Shown here one piece after another: positions 23,261 through 37,979 of a stretch of DNA of 64,000 nucleotides; position 1 is the first letter of the stretch; every line of letters begins with the position of its first letter. The notes under the pieces are model-generated. The model was not told the DNA's origin and did no database searches. It was given only the letters and a program-made list of their open reading frames with translations. This stretch comes from Octopus vulgaris (taxonomy: Eukaryota). Location of the stretch: contig OX597839.1 in NCBI GenBank assembly GCA_951406725.2, positions 26,040,001 to 26,104,000 on the forward strand, read 5' to 3'. Made by a program: the position numbers and the translations under genes.

Positions 23261-24366
23261 TACATATATATACACATATATACACACACATGCATACACA
23301 CACACACACACATATAGGTGTGGCTGTGTGGTAAGAAGCTTGCTTCCCAACCACATGGTTCCAGGTTCAGTCCTACTGCGTGGCACCTTGGGCAAGTGTC
23401 TTCTACTATAGCCTCGGGCCAACCAAAGCCTTGTGAGTGGATTTGGTGGATGTGTATATCTGTGTGTGTGTGTGTGTGTGTGTGCATTGTCGTAGAGCTG
23501 AAAAAGAGGTAATTTCTACTCTTCTCCTCTGGAAGCCATCTACTCGCAATACCAGAGGGCGCACACTCTCCTACCCTGATGTAATCTCCAGGGATACAGG
23601 CATCCACCAACAGGACCTCCGTAATGCTATGATGGACCGTGAAGTCTGGCGTAGCATGGTAAATTCCATTGTCTCGACCACGGTCGAACAATGATGATGA
23701 TGTGTGTGTGTTTGTCCTCCACCACTTGACCACAGGTGTTGGTGTGTTTATGTCCCCATAACTTAGCGATTCAGCAAAAGAGACCAATGGAATAAATACT
23801 AAGCTTAAAAAAATAAATCCCAGGAGTCAATTTCTTTGACCAAAACCCTTTAAGGCGGTGCTCCAGTATGGCCAAAGTCGAATGATGGGAAACCATAAAA
23901 TAATACTTTCTATCCATTGACAAGGTTGCAAAAGCAACAAAAATTTTGGAAGACACATCATCATCATCATCATCATCATTGTTTAACGTCCGCTTTCCAT
24001 GCTGGCATGGGTTGGACGATTTGACTGAGGACTGGCAAGCCAGGAGGCTGCACCAGGCTCCAGTCTGATCTGGCAATGTCTCTACAGCTGGATGCCCTTC
24101 CTAACGCCAACCATGCCGAGGGTGTAGTGGGTGCTGTTTATGTGCCACTGGCACAGGAGCCAGTCAGGTGGCACTGGCATCAGCCACACTCAAATGGTGC
24201 TTTTTATGTGCCACCAACATGCACACAAAAAGAAATAATAATAATAATAACAATGAGTGGAAATTGAACCAGTGAGTGTGTTAGATATTAAGGCATTAAG
24301 ATAATATGACCCACCCCAGACAACTAAATAAAACATATATACAGAAACTATAAAAAAAATACTGGT

Positions 24367-24368
<2 letters not shown>

Positions 24369-24432
<64 letters not shown>

Positions 24433-24465
24433 GAGAGAGAGAGAGAACGAGAGAGAGAGAGAGAG
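24369..24465. repeat. (GA)n microsatellite
   Basis: Direct inspection. Confidence 0.95.
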
Positions 24466-25933
24466 ATGTCGAGTGATGTGAAGTGTAAGCTATAGAAATT
24501 GAGAAACCATGTGACAGACAAAAATGAAATGTTCTGAAGTGTCTTTGCTTATCAAGAAATAATCTAGCAATGGAAGAGAAATCTAATCCTTCTTAAGATT
24601 ATCTAAACTGCAGATTCATTATCAAAATGTGTGGTTTTCTTAATGTCTGAGACGAGCAAGTCTCTCTCTCTCTTCATCTGTGAACTCTAATTGACCAACG
24701 CCTTGGTCGTGGAAATCAAGCAGACACCTCCTTTGTTTTAATTAATTTTTGGAAATAACGAAGAATTAAGTAGAATAATTGTCATAATTAAGTTGGCTTT
24801 TTTTAATAATATAAATGAACAGGAACCGTTTACCAGGCACAGCACAACACAATGGCAAAGAGATAAAGACGCAGAGCAGAGACAGAGCGGTACCATTGTA
24901 ACAAGATACCCCGGTACTATTCATTAGTAAGAATACCAGTGGTGGTGGTAGTAATGGTAGAGGTCATGGTGGGAGAGAGGGATACCCAGGAGGGATGGTA
25001 GTGATGGTGGCGGGGTCTTTCAGAAGACTAGAAGAAAATTATCAAGAAATCTCCTCTCTCACCCCACAGGCTCAAGATAATTTAATAACGATTTTATAGC
25101 CGTTAGAGATAATTACTGCTGGAATCATTAGTGCTTTGGATAAAATACCTTGTGGTGTTTAGTTTTGGATCTTTCTGGTCTGTGAAGTTGCATGGCCTAG
25201 TGGTTAGGGCATTCGGCTCACAGTCGTAAGTTCAAGAGTTCGATTCACAGCGATTCAGATTACATTCTGAGTTCAAATTCCACTGAGATTGACTTTGCCT
25301 GTTATCCATTTGGGGTCGATTAAATAAGTACCAGTTACACACTGGGGTCAATGTAATCAATTCAGTCCCTCCCCCAAAACTGCTGCCCTTGTGGCAAAAT
25401 TTGAAACCATTATTATTATTATTATTGAGTGAGAGAGCAATGCATGCCTTCAAAGTGACACTAGGGTACAAGTATTCAAACCCCAAAGAATCCCTATTAA
25501 CACATGGCTATGATGCTCTGCCACTACTTCTGCTCATGATCAGAGATGCACATATCGTCAGCCACTAAGGGACATGATCAACTGGTTAAGGTCAAACAAC
25601 TGACAAGCAAATCTGTGGTATTGAGCAGAATATTTGCTGTAGTCCATCTTTTATACCAAGACGAAACAATGTATATGATAACACTTCCAATCAGTTAAGA
25701 TCAGAAGCCATGAGAGCCACTGCCTGGAATTGCTTCAAGGTATTTATGATTATGATTATTATTATTAAATCTCCGAACGAGATGTAAACAGTAACCGCTC
25801 GACAACGTAAAGTGTACTGGAGATTTATTAATGCTTTCAGACAGTTTTTCTAAATCAGTGACAGTAGTTACTGGGAAAAACATTAAATAGATATTTGCAA
25901 ACAGGTCTCTCCAATCGAAAACCGGTGATTACT

Positions 25934-25976
25934 GTACGTTGACAAGAGGCAAAAACCTCGAAACTATAGTCCGTAT
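25934..25976 (+). ncRNA. Degenerate minimal hammerhead motif
   Basis: GTACG-TTGACAA-GAGG caaaaa CCTC-GAAAC TATA GTC-CGTAT. All three stems are intact; the core is two transitions away from CTGACGA. Confidence 0.55.
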
Positions 25977-27631
25977 GTATCACGTAGGTTTTTGAGAGGG
26001 GATGACCTCCCTTTGTGAATATCAGAAGAGCACAGAAAGTGTGTCTAAGCCAGCTGGAGACGACGATCTCCTGGGGCTAAAAGCTTCAGTAACACCCACC
26101 CCCAGTGGCTAGCCACATTCAGATGGCTAGTACACTTTACATTATTATTATTATATGGGAAATAGAGTTGAAGGTATGTCTATAATAGAATTAGCATTTA
26201 ACTATATCTCTTTAGGTTCTGGGTTCAATTTCTGCAGGGCTTGGCTTTGCTTTTCATCCATTCTTGGTGTCAATAGGTAGGTGAAAAACATTAACCAGTA
26301 ATATCCTAGGGTTAATCTAATAGCGTATTCTCTTTCTCTAACCAACATTCTCTCTTGAATAAAGTAATGGTTTGCTGTCCAAATGAAAAGTTGTAATCAT
26401 TGTTTAGTCTCCATTTTTCCATGCTTGCATAAACCGGAATCATGTCTTTTATTTGTTTCAGTCTTTAGACTGTGGCCATGCTGGGGCACCACTTTGAAGA
26501 ATTTTTGTCAAGTGAATTGGCCCTAGTACTTATTCTTTTTCTTGTTTCAGTCATTTGGCTGCAGCCATACTGGAGCACCGCCTTTTTAGTTGAATGAATC
26601 GACCCCAGGACTTATTCTTTGTAAGCCTAGTACTTATTCTGTCGGTCTCTTTTGCCAAACTGCTAAGTTACAGGGACGTAAACACATCAACATCAGTTGT
26701 CAAGCAATGGAGTGGGGACAAACACAGACACAAATATATACTTATATACATGACAGGCTTCTTTCAGTTTCCATCTACCAAATCCACTCACAAGGCTTTG
26801 GTTGGCCCGAGGCTATAGTAGAAGACACTTGCTCAAGGTGCCACGTAGTGGGACTGAACCCAGAACCATGTGGTTGGGAAGCAAGCTACTTACCACACAG
26901 CCACTTTTATATTTTTCAGAGCCTGATACTTATTCTATCAACATCTGATAAGTTATGGGGATGTAAACACACCAACACTGGTTGTCAAATGGTTGTGGAG
27001 GTGGGGGGAGAAACAAAAAAGAGAATCAAAGACACACACACACAAAAATATAGATACATGATGGACTTCATTCAGTCTTCTACTGAATTCAATCACAGGG
27101 CTTTGGTCAGCCTGAGGCTGGAGCAGAAAGACACTTGCCCAAGATGCCATGCAGTGGGACTGAACCTGGAACCATGTGGTTGGGAATCAAACCTCTTACC
27201 TCACAGCCTCACCTCGACCCATATACATCCTCATGATCATGTTCTCTTACCTGATGCAGCCAGCCATTGGGGTACCATTCTTGATGCTTTTGCAATCAGC
27301 CATCTCCTCCGGGTGGCATCGTTGTGACATGTCCATTCCTGGATGCTGTCCTGATGCAGCCAGGATTTTCTCTGCTTGCTTCTCTAAGACGAGCTTATTG
27401 CGCTTTCCATCTACCTAATCCACTCACAAAGCTTTGGCCCAGGACTGTTGGAGAAGACAGTTGCCTGAGGTGGGACTGAACTCAAGACATACTTTTTAAT
27501 CTTACAGCCACACCAACTCAACAGGATTTTGGTTTCCACACATTGCCTTCTATCTTCGTAATGTGGTGGGGATAGAAAACCAACCAAATCTCTAGATATG
27601 CAGTCATACATCACAACCAAGCCACACTAGC

Positions 27632-28135
27632 CATTTAAGCTGCCAGTTTAGCTACCAACCTATTAAACTGCCAATTAAGCTATCAGCCTTTTAAGCTGCC
27701 AATTAAGTTACCAGCCTATTAAACTGCCAATTAAGCTACAAATTAAGCCACCAGCCTATTAAATTGCCAATTAAGCTATCAGCCTATTAAACTGCCAATT
27801 AAGCTATCAGCCTATTAAGCCACCAGCCTATTAAGCTGCCAATTAAGCTACCAGCCTAATAAACTGCCAATTAAGCTATCAGCCTATTAAACTACCAATT
27901 AAGCCACCAGCCTATTAAATTGCCAATTAAGCTACCAGCCTATTAAACTGCCAATTAAGCTACCAGCCTATTAAACTGCCAATTAAGCTACCAGCCTATT
28001 AAATTGCCAATTAAGCTATCAGCCTATTAAACTGCCAATTAAGCTACCAGCATATTAAGCTGCCAATTAAGCTACCAGCATATTAAGCTGCCAATTAAGC
28101 TACCAGCCTATTAAACTGCCAATTAAGCTACCAAT
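27632..28135. repeat. 28-bp AT-rich minisatellite
   Basis: Unit AAGCTACCAGCCTATTAAACTGCCAATT. Confidence 0.9.
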
Positions 28136-30069
28136 CATCATGAAGCCATTTCATGATTCCATCTTCTTGAAACCCTCCAAAAAGCTGTTCTTGATGCTAA
28201 ACACTCTTTGCCGAGTGTTGAGAGCAGTCGACTCCTTCATTTGTCTCACCTGTTGCCAGGTAGAATGGTTAGGCACAAGATTGAAATTGACAGAAGAGAC
28301 TTAATTCCTTAAGGCACATGGCTTAGTGGTTAGGGTGTTTGCCTTACAGTCGTAAGGTCCTGAGTTCGATTCCTGGCAACACATTGTGTCCTTAAGCAAG
28401 ACACTTTATTTCACTCAGCTGGCGAAAATGAGTTGTACTTGTAATTCACAGGGAGCTGGCTTTGTCACACTGAATCACATTGAGAACTATATCAAGGGTG
28501 TGTCTGTGGAGTACTCAGCCACTTACATGTTAATTTCACAAAGAGGCTGTTCCATTAATCGGATCAACCGGGACTCTTGTCATCCGATGGAGAATCAGGC
28601 CACGTCTGAGGACTTTTGTTAGAAATCCTTACAATTCTTGTACGTAAAACACCGATTTGTGAAGTTGTATAGCCTAGTGGTTAGGGGGTTGGGCTTACAA
28701 CCATAGCATCATGGGTTCAATTTCTTAAGCAAGTAGCACATTGTACTGAGTTCAAATTCCACCAAGGTTGGCTTTACCTTTCATTCTTTCGGGGCTGATA
28801 AATTAGTGTCCAATGAAGGAAAGGCACGCATAAGTGGACGGGTTACACTTGGGCAAGGCACTTCATTTCACATTACCCCAGTCTACTCAGCTGTAGCCAA
28901 TTATAACTGGTGCAGGCCCTCTTTTAATCCAGCTGTCACATTTTGTATGTTCTACTTGAACAGGGGCAGGAGGGCTTATGAGGGTGCCTAAGTCTATCTG
29001 GGACTCCATAAACACCTAAAACAATTAGTCAAAGAATGGTACATGCTACCAAGTCACACCAAGTAGCTTCGAATCAATCAACTTGAAGCTTTTCCAGGTA
29101 ATCTTGTCCGTCAATCAGCCACTCAGATTAATTGGAGATACCTTAATTAACGATGTTGTCAACTCACCCAGGTGATGTTTCTTCTGTTACCACACAGTGA
29201 TGTCTCCACTTCCATCAGCTAACCCTGACTCGCACTGATTTTACTTGATTATGTGAAAGGTATATGTCTGTGGAATACTCGGCCATCTGCTGGCTAATTC
29301 AGCTGAAAACAAAGTTGAAACTAGCAAAGATCCATTCCATATCATCATCGTTTAACATCCGCTTTCCATGCTGGCATGGGTTGGACGGTTCAACTGGGGT
29401 CTGGGAAGCCAGGAAGCAGCACCAGGCTCCAGTCTTATCTGGCAGTGTTTCTACAGTTGGATGCCCTTCCTAACGCCAACCACTCCATGAGTGTAGTGGG
29501 TGCTTTTTACGTGTCACCGGCACAGGTGCCAGACAAGGTTGGCAAACGGAGGCCAGTACATATATATATTTATAGGCTTACCAACCACATGGTTCCGGGT
29601 TCAGTCCCACTGCGTAGCACCTTGGGCAAGTATCTTCTGCTATAGCCTAGGGCCGACCAAAGCATTGTGAGTGAATTTGGGATACAGAAACTGAAAGAAG
29701 CCCATCATATATATATACATGGTTCTGGGTTCAGTCCCACTGCGTGGAATCTTGGGCAAGTGTCTTCTGCTATAGCCCCAGGCCGACCAATGCCTTGTGA
29801 GTGGATTTGGTACATGGAAACTGAAAGAAGCCCGTCGTATATATGTATATATATATAAATATATATGCGTGTGTGTCTGTGTTTGTTCCCCTAGCATTGC
29901 TTGACAACCGATGCTGGTGTGTTTACGTCCCCGTTACTTAGCGGTTCGGCAATAGAGACCAATAGAATAAGTACTGGGCTTACAAAGAATAAGTCCTGGG
30001 GTCGATTTGCTCGACTAAAGGCGGTGCTCCAGCATGGCCGCAGTCAAATGACTGAAACAAGTAAAAAGA

Positions 30070-30121
<52 letters not shown>

Positions 30122-30129
<8 letters not shown>

Positions 30130-30935
30130 CCCAGTGTAAGCTATGGACACATAAGGGGTGCAGCAATATCAAAGGTAGGCTAACTGGGAGGATAGTTTTT
30201 ATATGTGGCAGATGCTCGGGAGCAATAAATAACACTGAAAATGTGCAGAGAACAACTTCTGCCACATTCCAGGGAGAAAAACTAGAAGTTGATAGCTTCC
30301 GTTACCTAGGTGACCAAGTCAGTAGTAGTGGAGGGTGCACTGAAAGTGTAGCTGCTAGAATAAGAATAGCCTGGGCTAAGTTCAGAGAGCTCTTACCGCT
30401 TCTGCTGGTGACAAAGGGGCTCTCGCTCAGAGTAAAAGGTAGACTGTATGACGCATGTGTATGAACAGCCATGCTACATGGCAGTGAAACATGGGCTGTG
30501 ACTGCTGAGGACATGTGTAAGCTTGCAAAGAATGAAGCCAGTATGCTCCGCTGGATGTGTAATGTCAGTGTGCATACTCGACAGAGTGTAAGTACCCTGA
30601 GAGAAAGGTTGGACCTAAGAAGCATCAGATGTGGTGTGCAAGAGAGACGACTGCACTGGTATGGTCATGTGGCGAGAATGGATGTGGATAGCTGTGTGAA
30701 AAAGTGCCACACCCTAGCGGTTGAGGGAACCTGTGGAAGAGGTAGACCTGGGATGAAGTGGTGAAGCATGACCTTCAAACACTGTGCCTCACCCAGGCAA
30801 TGACTAGTGACCAGGACCTCTAGAAATATGCTGTGCTTGAGAAGACTCGGCAAGCACAAGTGAGACCATAACCTTGTGGCCTACACCAGGGGTGTAAGCC
30901 GTCCACTTATGTGCGCCTTTCCTTCATTGGACACT
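30122..30935 (+). mobile_element. RTE-clade LINE 3' fragment
   Basis: DSFRYLGD..AWAKFRELLPLL..KGRLYDACV..MLHGSETW..MLRWMC..RLHWYGHV..GRGRP, with stops. Confidence 0.8.
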
Positions 30936-31065
30936 AATTTATCAACCCCGAAAGGATGAAAGGTAAAGCCAACCTTGGTGGAATTTGAACTCAGAACTTA
31001 GTGACAGGTGAAATACTGCTAAACATTCTGTCCGGCGAGCTAACGATGCTGCCAGCACACCACTC

Positions 31066-31460
31066 CTTTTACTCTTTTACTTGTTACAGTCATTTGACTG
31101 TGGCCATGCTGGAGCACCGCCTTTAGTCAAGCAAATCGACCCCAGGACTTACTCTTTGTAAGCCCAGTACTTATTCTATTGGTTGCTTTTGCTGAACCGC
31201 TAAGTGAGGGGGACGTAAACACACCAGCATCGGTTGTCAAGCAATGCTAGGGGGACAAACACAGCCACACAAACATATATATATATATACATATATACGA
31301 TGGGCTTCTTTCAGTTTCCGTCTACCAAATCCACTCACAAGGCATTGGTCGGCCCGGGGCTATAGCAGAAGACACTTGCCCAAGATGCCACGCAGTGGGA
31401 CTGAACCCGGAACCATGAGGTTGTTTAGCAAGCTACTTACCACACAGCCACTCCTGCGCC
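31066..31460 (-). mobile_element. SINE family A
   Basis: Reverse-complement full copy. Confidence 0.85.
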
Positions 31461-31937
31461 TATCATAATAATTAGCATATTTGTACATTGATAATCGAAG
31501 CAGATAAATCCAATAATTGGAAGGCTTCAAATTGATCTAAAAATTTCTCTACACATTCGTTTTGGTGACTAAGTTTTTCAAAGCATTTTCATTGCCCTAC
31601 ACAAATTTTAGGGGGTGCGCTTGCACCACCTGCACTCTCTATTCCCCAGGCTTACGATGCCTGTGCTTCCAAGAACAATAAAATAGGGTTTTTCCAAACC
31701 TTGGTCCCAAAGCATCAACATCATCATCATCATCATCGTTTAACGTCTGCTTTCCATGCAAGCATTGGTTGGATGGTTTGACTGAGGACTGGCGAACCGA
31801 AAGTCCACACCAGGCTCCAATCTGATTTGGCAAGGTTTCTATAGCTGGATGCTCTTCCTAACACCAACCACTCCGAGAGTGTATGGGTGCTTTTTACATG
31901 CCAGTCAGGCGGTACTGTCATTGGCCATGCTTGACTG

Positions 31938-33132
31938 GTGCTTTTTACATGCCACCGGCACAAGAGCCAGTCAGGTGGCACTGGCATCGAGCCCGCTCGA
32001 ATGGTTACTTTTTACGTGCCACTGGCACAAGAGCCAGTCAGGTGGCACTGGCATCGAGCCCGCTCGAATGGTTACTTTTTACGTGCCACTGACACAAGAG
32101 CCAGTCAGGTGGCACTGGCATCGAGCCCGCTCGAATGGTTACTTTTTACGTGCCACTGGCACAAGAGCCAGTCAGGTGGCACTGGCATCGAGCCCGCTCG
32201 AATGGTTACTTTTTACGTGCCACTGACACAAGAGCCAGTCAGGTGGCACTGGCATCGAGCCCGCTCGAATGGTTACTTTTTACGTGCCACTGGCACAAGA
32301 GCCAGTCAGGTGGCACTGGCATCGAGCCCGCTCGAATGGTTACTTTTACGTGCCACTGACACAAGAGCCAGTCAGGTGGCACTGGCATCGAGCCCGCTCG
32401 AATGGTTACTTTTTACGTGCCACTGGCACAAGAGCCAGTCAGGTGGCACTGGCATCGAGCCCGCTCGAATGGTTACTTTTTACATGCCACTGGCACAAGA
32501 GCCAGTCAGGTGGCACTGGCATCGACCATGCTCGAATGGTTGCTTTTTACATGCCGGTGGCACTGGCATCGACCATGCTCGAATGGTTGCTTTTTACATG
32601 CCACTGACACAAGAGCCAGTCAGGTGGCACTGGCATCAACCACACTCGAATGATGCTTTTTACATGCCACTGGCACGAGAGCCAGTCAGGTGGCACTGGC
32701 ATCAACCACACTCGAATGGCTGCTTTTTACATGCCACTGGCACAAGAGCCAGTCAGGTGGCACTGGCATCAACCACACGCGAATGGTGCTTTTTACATGC
32801 CACTGGCACAAGAGCCAGTCATGCAGCACTGGCATCAACCACACGCGAATGGTGATTTTTACATGCCACTGGCACAAGAGCCAGTCAGGTGGCACTGGCA
32901 TTGACCACGCTCGAATGGTTGCTTTTTACATGCCACTGGCACAAGAGCCAGTCAGGTGGCACTGGCATTGACCACGCTCGAATGGTTGCTTTTTACATGC
33001 CACTGGCACAAGAGCCAGTCAGGTGGCACTGGCATCAACCACACTCGAATGGTGCTTTTTACATGCCACTGGCACAAGAGCCAGTCAGGTGGCACTGGCA
33101 TCAACCACACTCGAATGGTGCTTTTTACGTGC
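31938..33132. repeat. 67-bp tandem array (about 17 units) expanded inside a family C SINE
   Basis: CAAGAGCCAG recurs at 31961, 32028, 32095, 32162 and onward. Family C sequence flanks it from 31720. Confidence 0.9.
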
Positions 33133-34761
33133 CAATCAGGTGGGACTGTCACCGGCCATCAACTAATAATCTAGCCACCATTTGAACCCATAGCATGGAC
33201 ATGTAGTCTCGTAGTAGCCTAGTGTCCTATATGCCCTTGGCCAGTGGTCAGCACTCTGCCCACCTCCTGCTGCTGGTTGTCATCATCAACAGATTCCTTG
33301 ACAATTCTGCAAATATAAAATAAACGGCAAAAACAAGACAGGAATGGAATTGAGATATTTTTACCAATAAACACAGTTTGTTCTTTAGATTTATTTCCAA
33401 ATAACTCCGAGGTATCTCACTTGGCGTCACCATTTCTTCTTGGCTTTCAAAAAAAAACGGCTACTTTTCTTCTTTTTTCTACCTTTCTTTTTCCTTTTTT
33501 TTTTTTTACATTCGTTAGCTGTAAAAAAAAAAAAAAAAAATCCAAAAACCGTTCTGTAGGCCCATTTGTATAGTCCAAACTTTTCCCCCAGTTCTTTGAA
33601 TTCAAAAACATTAATTTGAAAATAAAAAAAAATAAAAAAAAAAAAAACGAAAAAAAAAACTGCCCTAATTAAAAATGGCAATGTATGTATAATGTGTAAC
33701 ATATATATACATATATAAATATATTTATACATATGTATATATATATATATAATCATTTGTATATATAATCAGAAATATGTAATATCTTATGATCAATAGT
33801 TTGACTTGCTTTCTTCTTCTTCTGTCGAGATAAAGTGGAACTTATTCGGACAAGACTGAAACAAGCAAACCATTACAATATAAAAGAGAGAGCGAGAGAG
33901 AAAGGGTAAGAGAGAGAGAGAGAAGTTGTTGGTTTGTTGGGGGGAGTAGTTTAGGGGTTTTTTTTTGTTTGTTTTATTGTTAAAATTAAATAGAACTGTT
34001 AACATAGTGAGATTTTGCTTGTCTTCTTTTTGTATCGTATTCAGAGATGTGGAGCAGAAGAAATAAAAAAAAAAAAATAACAGTCAGGTCTTCCGTTCGA
34101 AATAATCATAACCCCCTTTTTTTTTTTTTTTTTTTTTTCCGTTTCACAACTTCAGCGAACTTGGTTGAGCCAAGACGAGGAGGGGAAGAAGAAGAAGAAA
34201 AAGATGAGAGAGAGAGAGAGAGAGAGAGGGAGATCGAGTCAGACAGAGTGTCATTGCTTCCAAAGAGAAGAGGGGGGAGAAGTGGGTAGTTAAAAAAAAA
34301 AAACAAAAAAAAAACCTGAAAAAAAAAAACAAAAAAACACTATGTCCATTAAAAAAAAAAATTTAGGTTCCGTTTCCAGTAAGTCTTTGATTCCTTATTT
34401 CATGGTTTGGTTTATCTTCATTTTTGTTTTTTCGTTCTTTTTTTTTTAAACATGGTCACTTGAAAGTTTAATTCCATATTTTCAGTTGATAAATTCTAGA
34501 CGTTTTTTGTTGACAACATTGGTAAAAGTTTAAAAAAAAAAAAAAGGTGGGGGGGTGGGGGTGAGAAAAAAAGGAAAGAAACCAAAACACAACCTGTACC
34601 ATTCAAGATACATACATCCATATATATATATATATATATATGTACACGCACACATACATACATACACATGCATGCATATACAAGCACTTGCATGCGCACA
34701 CATGTATAAATACACATTTGTGTGTGTGCGAGTGTGTATACAGACATACATATAAATATAC

Positions 34762-34798
<37 letters not shown>

Positions 34799-35075
34799 CA
34801 CACACATATATACATGCGTGTTAATACATAAGATTGGTTGCTAAACTCGATACGAGTATGGCAACAAATATATACACCCCAACACTTACATACATACATT
34901 TATATATATATATATATATACATACATACATATATATATACATACATATACATACATATATATATATACATACATATATATATACACATATATATATACA
35001 TATACATATACATACATACATATATATACATATACATACATATATACATATACACATATATATATACACATATAC

Positions 35076-35106
<31 letters not shown>

Positions 35107-35129
35107 CATATATACATACATATATATAC

Positions 35130-35195
<66 letters not shown>

Positions 35196-35738
35196 CATAT
35201 ATACAAGAGGGTATAGAGGAGATACTAATGCAGAATAGAAGAAGAACGCAGGAGCTGGGGGGGTAGGCAGGTGTGGTGGAAAATTACTCAGAAATAAAAA
35301 TTGTCCAAGATATTCCCTAAAAGATTTTCTCACCAAATTTTGCTACAGAACTAACAATGGTAAATACTGTAGCAGTCAAGGGGGAGTGGTACTGGATATA
35401 CATACACACATATATATAAATATATACATATATATATATATGGACACACGCACACACACATATATATATATACACACATACATACACACACACATATATA
35501 TACAGGTACACACACTCATGCACACAAATGCATCTACACAGAATATATACATATACACACATACACTCGCGCATATATACAAAATATGATGCATATATAT
35601 GCACACACACACACACGCACACAAACTTCAGTGTATAGCAATAAAAAGGAGAGGGAGAGAGAGAGGGAGAGAGAGATAGAGGGAGTGTGTATGTGTGTGT
35701 GTGCATTTTTGGAGTGCGCATTTCAAGATGCAATCTGC

Positions 35739-35937
35739 TCAATTAGAAGATGCACCAGCGGCTGCAGCAGCTGCTACGAGTGGCTGTTCAAATGCGAAAA
35801 AACCATAGTTATCTGGAAAGGAGTTCTGTAGCTTTGGTAAACAGCTGCGGCAGACTCTGGCTGGTTCTAGCAGTTGTTGGTGAGGAATTGGCATGTAAGT
35901 GTTGGCACATTTACCACAGAACACCTTACCACAATTT
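35739..35937 (-). CDS. MTMR3/4: Myotubularin-related protein 3/4-like, terminal coding exon (C-terminal half of FYVE domain)
   Basis: Acceptor tttttgcag. Reads (R)NCGKVFCGKCANTYMPIPHQQLLEPARVCRSCL..stop. Phase matches the exon at 47785-47981. Confidence 0.9.
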
Positions 35938-36045
35938 CTGCAAAAATCAGAAAAGAAAGGAAAAGAAAATTAAATAATAAATACATTCAATGTATTTGGA
36001 AAACAACAAAAACTACTTAGTCTCATAAGGGTTATATATATATAT

Positions 36046-36300
36046 CATCATCATCGTTTAACGTCCGTTTTCCGCGCTAGCACGGGTTGGGCGGTTTGAC
36101 CGGGGTCTGGGGAGCCAGGCGCTGCTCCAGGCTCCAGTCTGATCTGGCAGTGTTTCTACAGCTGGATGCCCTTCCTAACACCAACCACTCCGCGAGTGTA
36201 GTGGATGCTTTTTACGTGCCACCTGCACACATGGATGTCTGGCATCGGCCACGATTGGTTGATGCTTTTATGTGCCACCGGCACAGAAGCCAGTCGAGGC
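36046..36300 (-). mobile_element. SINE family C (V-domain-like core, (GAT)n tail)
   Basis: Core TTAGGAAGGGCATCCAGCTGTAGAAAC and tail GGACGTTAAACGATGATGAT on the minus strand. Copies near 23957, 29342, 46500, 47315, 48841 and 62105. Confidence 0.7.
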
Positions 36301-36306
36301 GGTAAT

Positions 36307-36359
<53 letters not shown>

Positions 36360-36868
36360 TATATGCATACATACATACATGTATGTACGTACCTACATCT
36401 ACATGCATATATATATATATATATATATGAATACAGGACACCACAAATAGATGTAGAACGCAACGAGAAACGGAAACATAAAAACAAACAAGGAAACGGG
36501 CTTTTTTTAACAACGAAAAAACAGAGTACAAAACAAAAAATACAAGGAATATTCCCCTTCATCAGCTGCCCCTGGTTCGACTCAATGCGTGTTTCGAAGG
36601 TTAGGACAGAACACGGCCAGGCCGAACCAGTCCTTCCTGCAAAAGAATTAAATAAAATTCCTTTGCAGAGGGGTAAAATAAGGAAAAAAAAATGTGACAA
36701 GAACAGGACGTAAAAGCAAAAAAAATAAAAATACAAATACAAATACAAAAAATACAGTACACATAATGAAACCAACATTGAGGGCTATTTTTTAAGCCAA
36801 GACGATGGAAAAATTCAGAGCGCAAGAAAAAGTCGTGTTGACTTGTAGAAAGCTGCGAGTGAAAGGAA

Positions 36869-36909
<41 letters not shown>

Positions 36910-37937
36910 CAAGGAGGAAGGACATACATACACACACACACACACACATATATACACAGTAATCCCTCGCCATATTGCAGTTTATTATTTAAGCTTACGT
37001 TGATTCCTCTCTGGTGTTGTTTTGCATTTGTAATAAAATAAATATAAAGAAATTATAAAAATGAGAAAGAATATACCGTACAGTACTGTTTATATTTTGT
37101 GGATTTTCACCTATTCTGGGGTTTTTTGGAATGCAACAACTGCGATAGTCGAGAGATTACTGTGTGTGAGACTGCTGCAGCCTTCTGGCTCATCAGCCCT
37201 CAGTCAAACCGTCCAACCCATGCCAGCATGGAAAGTGGATGTTAAACAATGGCAGCGATGATGATAACAATAATAACATCCAATTACCTCCCTTTACTTG
37301 TCAACTTGTAAAATCATTCACTCGTGAATCTCATTATAAACAACATGGACCCATTTTCTTCTTAAGAAAAAATATATTTTCATATAAGTTAAACATTGTA
37401 TCATGAATAGCGATTGCGAAACCGGTCGATACATTAAAAATTATACTATAACCATGTAAGTGTGCGTATTTTCCGTTTTTATTTTTCTTATATACATTAC
37501 AATCCACCACGTGGGGACAACCAAAATTCCCCTTTTCTGTTACTACACACATATATATGTATATATATATATATATATCTATCATTGCTATTATGTTAAA
37601 CTATCAAATGTCCAAATATAAAATTTTTTTTCAATATCTAATTTTGCTTGTAGTAGCCATTTCTTTTTGGTCAAACTATCGTATCTCCAGCTGCTTCAGA
37701 TGCCAAGATACAAAAATTCTCTAAGCGTAGTACAACAGTTTAGCATTTTGCAAAAGTGTAGTAAGTCCCACATACGACAGTTTTGCAAAAATATTTCTGA
37801 CTGAAAATATCATACATGCATGGAGTTAGGATTTTATACATCCAACAAAGTATTATTGTTAAGCTGAAACTGTTGCTAAGGTAATAAGAAATGGAAGGGT
37901 GAAACTATTTTATCCTTTTCTGAAAAAAAGCAATGCA

Positions 37938-37979
<42 letters not shown>

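Noticed and set aside
31938-33132. Regular repeat array resembling CRISPR, with a 305-aa ORF
   Set aside because: Contiguous tandem units with no unique spacers, no cas genes and a eukaryotic context.
36430-36870. TA-embedded insert with CGAAAC and CTGATGA on the minus strand
   Set aside because: The motifs are in permuted order without convincing stems. Possibly a PLE end, but no ribozyme call is supportable.
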